Source: Euglena gracilis
Lineage: Eukaryota
Direction of reading: 5' to 3'
NCBI GenBank assembly: GCA_039621445.1
Contig: CP154954.1
Span: 26,362,954-26,426,953, forward strand
Length of the DNA stretch: 64,000 nucleotides
Positions 26,480 to 38,958 of this stretch are shown here, piece after piece. The position numbers and the translations under genes are program-made. The notes below the pieces were generated by a model. That model made no database searches. It was given only the letters and a program-made list of their open reading frames with translations, and was not told the DNA's origin. How positions within the stretch are numbered: the first letter of the stretch is position 1; every line of letters begins with the position of its first letter.

Positions 26480-26780
26480 CCCCCCCGGGAAACTGTCACC
26501 TGACAGGTTGGCCAGTACCGGGGACCCTGACAACTTCCTATACTGACAGGTTGGCCGGTACCAGGGAACCTGACAGTTTCCCGGGCGGGACCCTGACAGT
26601 TTCCCGGGTAGGGCATTTCAAGGGAAAGTCAATGAAAAATGACCCTGACAGGTTGGCCGGTACCGGGGACCCTGACAACTTCCTATACTGACAGGTTGGC
26701 CGGTACCGGGGACCCTGACAGTTTCCCGGGCGGGACCCTGACAGGTTCTCGGGCATGACAGTTTCCCGGGGGGGGGTAGG
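26480..26780. repeat. Second copy of the GACCCTGACAG-subrepeat TIR element
   Basis: See 22310-22600. TIR CCTACCCCCCCCCGGGAAACTGTCA and its inverse. Confidence 0.75.
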
Positions 26781-28369
26781 TATTTTTCCTCTTTCTTTTC
26801 CGCAGTTTTCCTTCAATTTTTCTCAAGGCTTCCCTGGAAAATGGAGGGCAATGCAAAATGGGTCACTTTCCGGAACACACTGATTTCAGAAATAATTATA
26901 AATAATTTGTGATAGTTGGCAAACTTTGGCAAATTGGCAACAAAATATCAAAAATGCACCGGGGTTCCCTCATGAAACGCTCAAGGCATGGCCGGAACTC
27001 ACCTCGCCATCCGTTTCAGGTTCATGCGGAAAAATTGCGGAAAAGCTTCGGAAATGGACAACTGCAGATATTGCGGGAAAATTGCGGTTATCAATTCCCC
27101 ACCCCTGCATTTGAACCAACTGAATGTGACCCGAGAGAGCCAAAATCCAAAGCCAAAATTGCAGCTTCTTCACTCCACTCATTCCACTCCACTCATTCCC
27201 TGCCCAAGCACCCAAGAGTCAAAAAATTCCACAGAAGGGCCTCATCATGGCGTTGATTTTTCTTCAAGAAATTCCGGGAGTCACCCTGGCGGAAGATACC
27301 TCGGGCCAAGGCAGGGCTTCCAAACCCAAACATTGGCACTTGGGTCTGCCTGGGCGCGGCAGGGGCATACGCCGCGTGGGAGAGAGGGGTCGAGTTAGGC
27401 CAGATGCCCATCTGTGGTTGCGACAGGGTGCAAATCTGCTGTTGGCTCACCAAGAAAAAGGAATGCTGAGTTCAAGCCATTTTTTCTGTGCGAGCTGAGG
27501 GGTTGAAAAAAGGTGCTGGTCCAACCCGGGGTGGGAGGGGGTGCAGGATCCCACGCTGCCAGGGTGGACCAGGGTTCGATACAAGGGCAGGTGGGGGGTC
27601 GATAAGGTGACCGAAAATTTTCACCTCCCAAAATCTGCAGAATGCTATTTTGGAGACTTTTGGGGGAAAAAAACTGTCAAAAATGCGAAAAATTTTCAGT
27701 GGAAAGCACCAGAAGGGGAAAAAACCGGAAGGAAAAGACCTTTTGGGGTGGGTCCCGGGCAGGGGTTTTTTCAAGACAGGGGGTGTCCGCCCTCTCACCT
27801 GGTCCAGGAGGAGGGCACCCCTCCACCGAAGCCCCTCACACCCTCCTTGCACCCTTGCACCCTACACCCCACTTTTTACACCCTCCTCGAGGGGCTTCCT
27901 ACTCTAAACAGTGTCAAAAGGCGCAATAGACGACCAGAGACCGTGGAAAAAATAAAAATTCCACGACACACTCTTCTGATACCTGATTTGGTGGGCACCT
28001 CATACAGAAGGTGTTGGAACTTACAGCCAGAATTGATTTTTCTTCACATTTTTCGGATTTTTTTTGGAAACTGCGTTTTCTTTTGGCCCAGTCCAGTTGG
28101 GTTGGAACTTTTTTGAGTCAAAAACCCAGGTCAAATCCAAAAATACCTCAAACAGCCAAAAATAATAATTTTAGGCCATTTTTGCCCTTTTGAAAGAAAA
28201 AAACAATTGGCGATCTGTGTTATTTTTTTAGGTCCAGAAAGTCCTGTGCTCTTTCTTTCATTGAATCTTTCATTGAAAAAATAAAAAAACGTTTCCATCA
28301 ACTGAGGACAAAAAGAAGCCAAGGACGGACCCTTTTTGAAACGACATTACAAGTTTGCCCCCCATTGAG

Positions 28370-28478
28370 GTTGCCTGTCTGGCATCTGTTTTGCTGCAGG
28401 AAGCCGGGCTGCTGTTCGCTGGCGAGAAAGGTGGTCGGCCAGCTTGGTTAACGACATGACAGCCGCTTCATTGTCCTC
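28370..28478 (-). CDS. Downstream exon of the CCCH zinc-finger gene (3' boundary uncertain)
   Basis: Continues in frame (EDNEAAVMSLTKLADHLSRQR) once 28479-29501 is removed. Confidence 0.6.
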
Positions 28479-29501
28479 CCAGCCAGGCTTCTCTTCTCTG
28501 ACCCCAGGTGGTCCTTGCCCAAAGCACCACCCCCAGGGAGATGCGCAAAACCCCCCTTCTCTGTTTTTTTTTGGTGGTGGCACGTTTTCGGCGATCCACA
28601 GAGACGATGCTTTGCAGCCGAATATCACAAAAAACACACACAAAATTGAAAAGGGGGCTGATTGGCAGTTCCTGGTCTGAGAGTCCGTGCAGGGGAAAGC
28701 AAAAATCTCAGAAACCTCTTTCATGGGTTTTTAACAGTTTGAAAAACGAAAATTATGGGCCGGTGTTTTTTTTTTTCCACAGAAGGATTGCAAATAGTAG
28801 GTGTTTTCGGAGTGTCAGCGTGTCCGAGTGGTGTGCGCACTGGTTTCAGGGCTCACAACCAGACATCGGGGAAGCCAGGGTTGGAAGACAGGCAGACGGA
28901 CCTTTTCAGAAAGCAGAAAGAGGGAAGATTGTACTTTGTTTTTCCTTTGAAAAATAAGGGATGTAATACAATTTCAGTCGAAACATTTGTGCAAAATTGT
29001 GTGAAGGAGTCGGTGCAGTTTGTGCCACTCTTAATGAAGTTTGTTGGTTGGGCGCGTGTGGTCGGTTGATGCTGCCACAGCATCAAGGGAAATGTGTCAG
29101 CTTGTCTCAGGGCGAAGCGGGACAAAAAAAACATGGACACCTTCGTTGCTGTGTCCATTTGCTTTACCCCCAAAATGCATGTTTGAGATTGAGCATTGTC
29201 CAGGCTTCTGCTTAAGGGTTCAGCACCCCCTGGAGGGGGGGGACTCAACTGCAGCTTGTCCAAATTTGGCCAGTTGGAATTTTGTCACAAAAAAAACCAG
29301 CCCCAACCGAAAACACGAAACAAAGGCGAGAATTGCACCAGAAAAGAATATCTCTTTGTTTGCCTGACCTGAACATAGATGGTGCCTTACCTGAACATTG
29401 ATGGTGCTTTGACACTTCCCATCCCAAAAACCGACCCCCTCCCAGAAGAGGGGAAACTCTGAAAATGCCAGTGGCGGGGCCACATTCAAAAAAGCCTGCT
29501 C
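28479..29501 (-). other. Putative non-conventional intron retaining MITE termini (CAGGCTT...AAGCCTG, 28484-29498) and a 7/8 TSD
   Basis: TSD CTCCCAGC (28476-83) and CTCCCTGC (29499-506). No GT donor at the junction; excision restores the frame. Confidence 0.7.
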
Positions 29502-29675
29502 CCTGCAGCGCATTTCCTTAGCCCCATGGGCATAGACACAGGTGTCCCCGTAAGGGCACTTCCCAGTCTCCTTCCAATTGCGACACAGGCGCGTCTTGTA
29601 CTTGTTGTGGTCCACGGAGTGATCATCGTGATGGGTGCCCGAAACCTTGGCGGCCTTTGCATTCCTCTTGGCCTT
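29502..29675 (-). CDS. Exon encoding a TIS11/ZFP36-type CCCH zinc finger (RNA-binding protein)
   Basis: [27 protein letters not shown] fits YKTxL C-x8-C-x5-C-x3-H. The 5' boundary is inferred. Confidence 0.88.
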
Positions 29676-32161
29676 GGTCTCAGGGTTGGATACGCCCAAT
29701 CCAGAAGAAACCAGGATTCTTTCCTTGGAAAAAAGAGGGTCAAAAATAGGGGGAAACGGCATTTTCTCCTCAAAATTTTGGCTTAACAATCTCAACCCAG
29801 CTGGATTGGAATTTTTTCCGCCAACTTTTCAGAAGCTGGTTGGACTCCCTGGCTAGCCAATCGGCTAGACACTGGAAAAAAATGGACTAGCTAGACCCTC
29901 TCCTCCCCCCGGGGGGGGGGGTCCCCCAACTGGAAAAAATTTTCCTCCGGCGCTGTGCACCGAGGTGGAAATGAGGTGTTTAATAGGTTTTTGGCTGATT
30001 TTGATCCAAAAAATTCCCAAAAATGGCCAAAAGCAGGCATTTTGGGCCATTTTTGGGGGTCCCAACAAAAATTCAGTACTTCGCGCCGGTCACTTGGAAA
30101 AAAAATTTCCACTGGCTAGCCCTGCTAGCAGACCCCCCCCCCCGGGGGGGGGGGTCTGCTAGACCCCCCGGGGGGGGGGGTCTGCTAGAAATCCCACTAG
30201 CCAAATTTGGACTATCTGCAGTCCAGCCCCCCCCCGGGGGGGGGGGGGGGTACTGCAATCCCTTAAGCAGAAGCCTGGTCAGCCCCTTCTGGCGGCTGCA
30301 CCACTGCACTGTGATTGGCAGGCAGGTGACTGTCAGAGGAAATACATGCTTTTTTCTCTAGACTTCGTACCCAGTTTTTGGTTCCAACGAAGGGGAATTC
30401 CCTGGTTTGACATGCGCCTCTGATGGTGGTGTTCTTACGACTCGGGGGTCTGGATCATGCTGTTTTTACCAACCCCAGGGGGACGGGGGAGGGGGGTCCG
30501 GAGTGCCTGCCCAGGCAGGCACTACCCCCCCCCCCGGAGGGGGGGGTCGGATTTCGGCCAGTGCCCAGGCACATTCCTTTGAAAATAGGCCATTTTTGGC
30601 TCCCCGGCGCCTTTGGCGCCGGGGTTGTGCCAGGGCACTTTTGGCAGTTTGCCCTACCCCTCCCCCCGGGGGGGGAGTTGGATTTGGAGTGCCTTGGAAT
30701 GCCTGCCCAGGCAGGCACCCCCCCCCGGGGTGGGGTCGGCACCCGACTAAAAAAAACAGCCTCGTCTGGACAAACATTCACTTAGTGACCTGGGGGAGCA
30801 TTCTTCCCAGGCCCAAACCCACCCACCCACTTTTTTTTTGAAAAACCACCCACCCACCCACAATCACCATGGGTCAACCACTCACCCACCCACCCAAAAT
30901 CCAGCCAAAATTGGCCGAAAATGCTGGAAAGAATTCTCTGACCCTCTGGGCTCCCAGATCTGGCCTGGGGGGGGGGGATAGTGGGCCGACCCCAGGTTGG
31001 CCCACTACGACCCCAGGGGCGCTGGGGTCGACCCCCCAGGCTGTGTAGTGGGGGGGGGGGGTTCGGTCGGCGTTGCTTGCGCACCTGGGGCGCCAGCTGG
31101 GCTCCCTAGGGGTCACCTGGGAATTGCCCGCGTCCCAGTCCCCGTTAGGTGGGCGGCCCCTGTGCAGCTCTGCCATGGGCTCCCTCAGGTGGCCGCTGTG
31201 GTTGCAGCCAGGACCCGAGAGTGACCCGCCTCTTCCGCGGTGGTGCCTGCGACGACACGGTGGATGAAGGGGCGCCGAATTGCCGGCGCCGTGGGCGAGG
31301 TGGCCCCAGCTGAACTCGTTGTCACTTCGGCTGGGCGCACGGGAGGAGCCGTCCTCCTGTGTTTCAGGGCTGGCTCCCCGGCAGCTGCCCCTGTGCAAGA
31401 GCATCTGAACTCGATGTAGCTCCAGCGGACGGCAGCGCTGGTGCGGCCTGTGATGCTGGACACACAAGGGACAAAAAGTAGGCTTTCCATCGTCCCGAAA
31501 AATGGCTGAACCACGTTTCCAACGTGCCGCCGGAGGGGGTGATGACTTTCACAGGCCAGCGCACCTGATGGGAAGGTGGGAGACCTGGGTGGAGAGGGCA
31601 CTGCATGTCTTTCGGGACGAACCAGGCCTGAGCTTGGAGTCTTGCTCCGCTGTGGTTTTCAGCCGCCGTGAAAAGCCTGCCAACAAGGAAGAGGATCTAT
31701 CCCCAGCGTCGCTGGGGAAGGCGCAGCCATGGTCAACCTCCCACAAGAGGAGAAGGGCCATCCCGGAATCGCCCTCCTCGGGTGCCACCGGCTTCAGAAA
31801 CCGGTGGCACCGCAGCCAGGCGGCCGGGGTGGCGTTTGCTGCGGCTTTTGCACGCCCGCAGTGCTGGCACCACCTGTTGGCTGGAGGCACCCCCCTGCCT
31901 TGGGAACTCGGGACAGCAGAGGGGACAACGAGGGCGGGGGGTGCAGACACAGGAGGCCCAACACGCAGCCAATGGAGCCGACACGTTGCTGCACATTCAC
32001 CCCTGGGGTTGGAAGGACTCTCCGGTGCTGCGTTCGAAGAGAGCCAACAAGACCTCCGCCGAAGACCCAGCAGCTGACGGGCAGGTCTCCGTCTCCTCCT
32101 GCAGTAAAAAGACCAGGCGCTCCCGCAGCCACTTCAGGTGAACGGGCCCACACGATGGGAC

Positions 32162-32812
32162 CATGCTTGTGCTTACCGACCGGGGGGGGGGGGGGGGGGG
32201 AGGGTTCGATATAAGGACGGGGGGGGGGGGGGGGGTCGGGGCCCCCCCCCCTGGGGGCCGGGGGGGGGTGGGGCGGGGGGGGGACCCCCCCCCCCACCTA
32301 AACAGGTGCGCGGTCAGGGTGGCCGAAAATTTTTGACCCCCCAAAACGCCCAAAAGTGCCATTTTGGGCACTTTTTGGGCAAAAATGTGCCAAAAATGCA
32401 AAAAATTTTCGGCGCGAAGCGCCGGAGGAAAAAATTGACCCTTTTTTGGGGGGGTCAATTTTTGCCCCCAGGGTCGGTCCGGACCCCCCTTGCAGGTGGG
32501 GGGGGTGGTCCGGACCCCCCCTGCGGGCCAGGAGGGGGGGGGGGGGTGGGGGGGGGGACACCCCCCCACCTAAACCATGTACGCCCTCCTTATATCGAAC
32601 CCTGGGGGAGGGGGGTGGGTGCTACACGGTGCCTGCCCCCCAGGCACACCCCCGGGGGGGGGCAGAAAATTTTCATTGAAAATGGCCTTTTCCAGGCCCC
32701 AGCGCCGAAGGCGCCGGGGCCAGAGGGGGTGCCCCCCAAAACCCCCCCGGGGGGTCGGATCGGGTGCTATGGGGTGTCTGCCCAGGTAGGCACCCGACTA
32801 AGCACAAGCCTG
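32162..32812. mobile_element. hAT-like MITE family 4 (CAGGCTTGTGCTTA TIR) with a nested family 1 MITE
   Basis: 8-bp TSD GATGGGAC; nested copy at 32200-32604. Confidence 0.85.
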
Positions 32813-33098
32813 GATGGGACCTGGGATGATGGCAAGGGAGGCGGGGAGACCACATGAAAAAAAGGCATTGCGCACATGCGCAACAGTTTTACATTGCGCA
32901 TACGCGCAATGGATAACTGTTGTGCGGGCGCAACGTTTACCAACAGCAATGTGCAGTGTGTCGGGGGGCCCTCTCTTCCCAGATGGTGCTACACAGGCCA
33001 GGTGAATTTTGGCCCTTTTTGTTGCTTTTTTAGGCTCTAAATATTTCCGTGTTGCCAACGGAGGTGTCCAGAGGTATATAAACCAGGTTTTGAATAGT

Positions 33099-34025
33099 GC
33101 TGAGCTCTTAATAAGCGCGCACCCACCCCTTCATTGACCACTCCATACATACCGGCCCACTCCATGGAGCTCTTTTGCCTGAAATCCATGGGTTTTGTGC
33201 CAGAAACGGGGGCCTGGCGGGTCGAAAAACGCTCATTTTCGGCTCAAAAACAGTTTTTCTGGGTCCGGGAGGCCAAAAAAACATCGTTTCGGGCAAAATT
33301 TTTTTTCGATTGTTTTCGACTTTTTTGGCCGAAAAAGTCCAAGTCGGACAGTGGAAAAAGTGTACAAAATGGCCAAAATTGGCCAAAAAAACGCCCGTAT
33401 CTCGGGCTGGGCGGGGAGTTGCGGGGAAACCAAAATCCCAGTAGATAGCGTTCCAAGGGCTTCAATTCAGGTCTCACGACATTTCCTTTGATTTTGCATC
33501 ATTTTCGAGAAATTTTGAAAACATCGATTTTTTTTACCCCCCACCCCCCCCCCCGAAAACGGCCTAGTCGGACAGTGGGGAAAGTGTACAAAACGGCCAT
33601 GGAGTTGCGGGGAAATCAAAATACCGGTAGATGGAGCGTTCCAAGGGCTTCAAATTAGGTCTCCGGACATTTCCTTTGATTTGGCTTCATTTTGGAGATA
33701 TTTTGAAATTTGACATTTTTTTGGCCGAAACGGCAGAGTCCAAAGGGGGGGGGGGGCTTATCCAGGGGGGGGGGGCGATCCTACCCAGTTTGGACCCCTT
33801 CGCGCGTGAATAACTCGGGCCTGGCGGGGAGTTGGGGGTCAAACCCAGGTGATTCGGAAACTAGAAATCCAGTCGCTCGCGACTGAAAAAAAAAATCCGG
33901 GAACCGGACCGGGATCATGGTGATAATCCGTCGGTTCTCCTGGTGGCCCCGACCCGGGGGGGGGGGGAGGGGGGTTTCGCCAGGTGTAAGCTTCGCTCTT
34001 ACCCATAAAGGGATAAGAGCTCAGC
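33099..34025. mobile_element. Possible non-autonomous TIR element with an internal duplication
   Basis: 12-bp inverted ends GCTGAGCTCTTA / TAAGAGCTCAGC; 33343-33520 resembles 33567-33720. Confidence 0.45.
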
Positions 34026-35440
34026 GACCCCCCCCCAAATAATACCCCCCCCCTTGGGATCCGACTTCGGCCGCCGAAATAATACTCCCCCCCCCCGGTT
34101 TCGGGCCGAAACCGGGCGGGCAGACACCCTCTGCCTGTCACAACTCCGTCACCGTGAGGCAGCGCTCCGGTGGCAGGTGCGAAGGCTGACGTTGTCCCAG
34201 CACCCACTCCTGGGGTACCAGGCCCAGACCGTCCGGGACACATTGTGGGGCGGCGGCGATCAGCTCGCAGCAGCGACTCATCCACTTGGCCAGGCGTTCT
34301 GCGAGCAGGCAATGCAAACGAGCGAGGAAGCGCTGGGCATCCGATGGGGACAAGGGGCAGGCAGGTGGGACTCCGGCAACAGTGCAGCTGCGAGGGGGAT
34401 GTGGAAGGACGCCACCCAGTCCTCCGGCGGCAAAGGCAGGGAAGGCGGCATTGCTCACCTGCAGTGGACCAGTGGACAGGGGGGGGGGATGCGCTGGACG
34501 GCCCTCGGAAAAAATGCGCAAAAAAATGGGCAAAAAAATGCGCAAAAAAATGCGCTGAGTTTGTACATTCCTAAGGGAAAAAGGACTGAGAAAAATTCCA
34601 ACAATAAGCCCAAAATTAAACCAAAATGACCAAAAACAGCCGAAATGAAGGCATTTTTGGTATAAAAAAAATGCACGAGCAAGGCGTCACTCTCTGTTCA
34701 CCATAACCGACAATGTCAGCCATGGTGCCCCTTACTTGTGACCAGGGGAGTAGAATTCGATGTGGGGTCTCTGAAAACCCTAATGTCCTCATCATCATTG
34801 GATGAGTACCCACTCATCACCCAAGGGTTTTTTCTTGAGGCGGGTCCCTTGGGTGGGAAAAAAAGTGCGGAAATGGGTTCGTTGGTTATACAAATGGGTT
34901 AGTTGAACGTGGGCAAAATTTGGTGAGCATGTGGTTTGGTTGGTGTTGAAGAACGGTGTTGAAGAACACCAATGTCGAGTTCGTTTTTGACATACGGACA
35001 ATGTGGACAACATGGACAATAGGGAAAAAATGCCTCCAAGTGTAAAAAAGGTGGGAAAATGGAAAAAATGCGCAAAAAAATGCGCATTTTTGAAAAATTG
35101 ATAAAAATGCACAAAAAATGCACAAAAATGCGCAGCGCATTTCCCCCCCTGACCAGTGGACCAGTGGATGATGTGGACTATGTGGACCAGTGGACCATAC
35201 AAGGGCAAAGGAGGCTGCACAGGAGGCCGAGCCCGTGGCAGGGCACCCAATGAGGACATGGACATCATCTTACACTGGCGACTCACAGCACAAGCATGCA
35301 GGGGAGGGAGCTCCCAACCGGTGTCAGTGGCGACGGTACTGGGTGGCCAGACAGCCCGTCCGCACCTGGCCACCCACTTGATGGCTGCTGGAGTTGCTCG
35401 GTGCGTGAACCTGGTGGGAATGGCCACTGCCCGCCGGAAG

Positions 35441-37985
35441 CAGGGTTGCTCAATTAATCGCTCAAAAATTGACGACCGAACAATTAATCGGGGCGAACGA
35501 TTAATCGATTTAATCGATTACACCTAGCGTCCGAAATGTTTGCCCACGGCCGGCAAAAATATTTGCCCAAATCAGTCAAAATTTTCGCCCCTCAAAAAAA
35601 TTTGCCCAAAGCTCTCAAAAAAATTTGCACTGCGCCGCCAAAAATATTTGCACTTGCTCAAAAAATATTTGCCCTCCGTCATTTAATTTTTGCACAATGA
35701 AAAAAAGCCTTACATTGGACAATGGGAAAAGATCCACGCCGATTGAACGTCTTACGACGCATTTTTTTAAAAAAAATCTGAGTATTTGAGGCGCGGGGGC
35801 TCAGGACGGAGTCTGCATCTTTGAAGCCGATGAAAAACACAAATGTTTGTTGTGTTCAATCACGATGTTGCGCACGTAGAGCCGGTGAACACCCTATTTG
35901 TCTAAAGCCAACTGGGAGGCCTTGTGCAAGCAGCCAAAATGGCCAAAATGGACGGACACAGTTCAAAATATGGTCAGAAAAATGACATAAAAGGCCCAGC
36001 ATTTCCTAAACTTATTAAAAATATTTGAAAACATCCCAAAAAATGTTTGACGATCTGCCAGAAATTTGCCCAAAATGAAGCCTCAATGGATTGAACACAA
36101 CATCAAAAAATCCATGATGACCAGGGGTTTTTTTAGTCGTGGACCCCCGGGGGGGGGAGGGGGGGGGGAGGGGGGGTGGGTCCGGCCGCGCCCCCCCCGG
36201 GGGGGGGGGGTCCCCCCGGGGGGGATGGGATATACTTTTCAGCGCCGCAGGCGCCAAAAAATGCTATTTTTAGCACGTTTCGCGATTTTCGGCCATTTTT
36301 TGTGGGTCCCCCGGGACCCCCCCCCCCCGGGGGGCCCCCAGGGGGGGGGTGGGGGGGGGGGACCCCCTCCCCCCCCCAGGGTTCGCTCTAAGGACAGGTG
36401 GGGGGGGGGGCGGTCCGGACCCCCCCCCCCCCTGCGGGCCAGGAGGGGGGTTGGGGGGGGGGGGACCCCCCCCCACCTAAACAGGTGCGCGGTCAGGGTG
36501 GCCGAAAATTTTTGACCCCCCAAAACGACCAAAAGTGCCAGTTTGGGCACTTTTTGGGCAAAAATGTGCCAAAAATGCAAAAAAAAATTCGGTGCGAAGC
36601 GCCGAAGGAAAAAAATGACCCTTTTTGGGGGGGGGTCCCGGGAACCTCCCCGAGGGTCGGTCTGGACCCCCCTGGCAGGTGGGGGGGGGGGTCCGGACCC
36701 CCCCTGCGGGCCAGGAGGGGGGGGGGTGTGGGGGGGACACCCCCCCACCTAAACCATGTACGCCCTCCTTATATCGAACCCTGCCCCCCCCCCGGTATTA
36801 AAAAAAACCCCTGATGACGACCATGAATTGACCCCAAAAATTCTAAAATTTATTGCAAAAAAAAAATGCCTGAAATGGCAGAAAACCAGCCAAAAATGCA
36901 AAATATTTGGGGTTTTGATGCTGCCCACATATGCGGTGCTTTTCTTTGCCAAAAAATCATCACACTACCTCCCCCCCCCCTTGTCGTTGACACGCCAATG
37001 TTCCAGGAGAGTGCCGTTGACTCGGGGGGTGTGTCAACGACACGCCATGCCAATGTCACTGTGATTCAATAGGTAGTGTTCCAGAAAAGTGTCGTTGACA
37101 CGGGGGGGGGGGTGTCAACGACACGCCGTGTCAACGACAAGGGGGGGGGGGAGGTACATCACATCGCTATGTCTCTCCTTTCTAACATTGAGCGCGACAA
37201 ACGACAAACACTCAATGCGCTTCTTTGAGCAGTGCATTTGTGATGGTCAAGATTTTTCCCAACCATGAATGAATGCGCAAACTCCAAAACCAGAAATTGG
37301 TATTTGGAAATGTCCAAGAACTCCTGTCTTTGATTTTTCTCTATACCACATGTTGGCGTTGGAATTGTATTGTCCATTTACAACGATTTGTATTCTAACG
37401 GCTCAAAACGGCTTGAAACGAACCAATGTAACTCCGTTGTCAAAGGTTGGAATGAAGTGGGACAAATTCTGAGGTCAATGCGCTTTTGCAGCAATGACAT
37501 TTTCATTCAAACCATTCATTTCCGCTTTCTGAACCATTTTGGTCGGTTTTGGGGGTTCGAACAAATCATTATTCAAGACGCAGCATTTTGGACGGAGACT
37601 GCGTTTTAAGACACAGACCTGATGCCTGAAGTCCGGCGGCGTAGACGCACACCCTGTCCTGAGTCCCTGCACCTAAGGCGCGGACTTAAGGGCAAAAGTG
37701 CAAAACACCTGATCCGTGTGCAAAAAATTTCGGAACGTAGGCAAATATTTTTGAGATAAAATGCCAAACGTTTTTGAGATATGTGAACAAATTTTTAACA
37801 TGTGCAAACATTTTTGAGATAAAGTGCAAAAATATTGACCGGAAGTGCAAAAAAATACGGTGTGGAGTGCGAAAAAATCGGGATGTGCGGCATTGAAAAT
37901 CGATTAATCGATCACCGGACGAACAAACGATGATTGGGGGGGGTCTTGACCGATTGATCGACTTTCGATTAATCGAACAACCCTG
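35441..37985. mobile_element. Non-autonomous hAT-like element (CAGGGTTG..ATTAATCG TIR) carrying nested MITEs
   Basis: TIRs and subterminal GATTAATCG motifs resemble 59453-60114; TSD degenerate. Nested elements at 36122-36813 (TSD ATGA(T/C)GAC), 36377-36783 and 36969-37154. Confidence 0.7.
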
Positions 37986-38316
37986 CCGGGAAACGGCGAT
38001 TGGGGTGGATGCCGGGTAACAAAATGATGAGCGTTTCTCCCAGGAGACCCGGCACCTGAGCCACCAGGCCCAGGCGAACGCTGCGAGGAGGTCGTAGATC
38101 GTCAACCCTGAGGCGTCTTGCAGGAGCAAGGGATTGTCAAAGCATGGGGGGGGGAGGAGACCATGTTGATGCGGCCCGGCCAAGGGCAGCCTCCTTGGCC
38201 CAGAAGTCGGCGGAGTCGTTCCCCACTGCCTTGGGATGTCCAGCCTCGATGGCGGCCGTGTCATGCGCCCGCACCTTCTCCAGGAGTGGCGCCGTTGAGA
38301 GGGAGGAGGCTGCGGC

Positions 38317-38958
38317 CAGGCTTGTGCTTACCAACCGGGGGGGAGGGGGGTGGGTGGGTGCTATGGGGTGCCTGCCCCTAGCAGGCACACCCACCGGGGG
38401 GGGGGGTCCAAAATTCTCATTGAAAATGGCCTTTTCAGGGCCAGGCTGTTTTTTACCAACCCTGGGGGGGGGTCCGGAGAGCCTATGAGTGCCTGACCAG
38501 GCAGGCACTACCTCCTGTGTGCACTGTGGCTGTTTTTTTTTGGTGCCTTTTATCCCTTCTTCTGGCCTGGCGCTGTTGTTCGCCTCTGGCTCTTTTTGTC
38601 TGTGTGCGTGGAGGTGGCAGGCACTACCCCTCCGGGCCTCCGGGGGGGGGTCGGATTTCGGCCTGTGCCCAGGCACATTCTTTTGAAAATAGGCCATTTT
38701 TGGTTCCCCGGCGCCTTTGGTGCCGGGTCTGTGCTAGGGCACTTTTGGCCGTGCGCCCTACCCCCCCCCCCCGGGCAGGGGGGGTCCGATCGGGAGTGCC
38801 TTGGAGTGCCTGCCCAGGCAGGCACCCGACTAAAATACAGCCTGTTACCCCCAAAACCCTACCCCCCCGGGGGGGGTCAGATCGGGTGCTATGGGGTGCC
38901 TGCCCCTAGCAGCCCCCCCCCCCCCTGTGGGGTAGGCACTCGACTAAGCACAAGCCTG
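38317..38958. mobile_element. hAT-like MITE family 4 copy
   Basis: TIR CAGGCTTGTGCTTA and 8-bp TSD GCTGCGGC. Confidence 0.88.

Noticed and set aside
26190-27453. Additional exons of the CCCH gene
   Set aside because: Coding-like composition, but no recognisable motif or defensible splice junctions.
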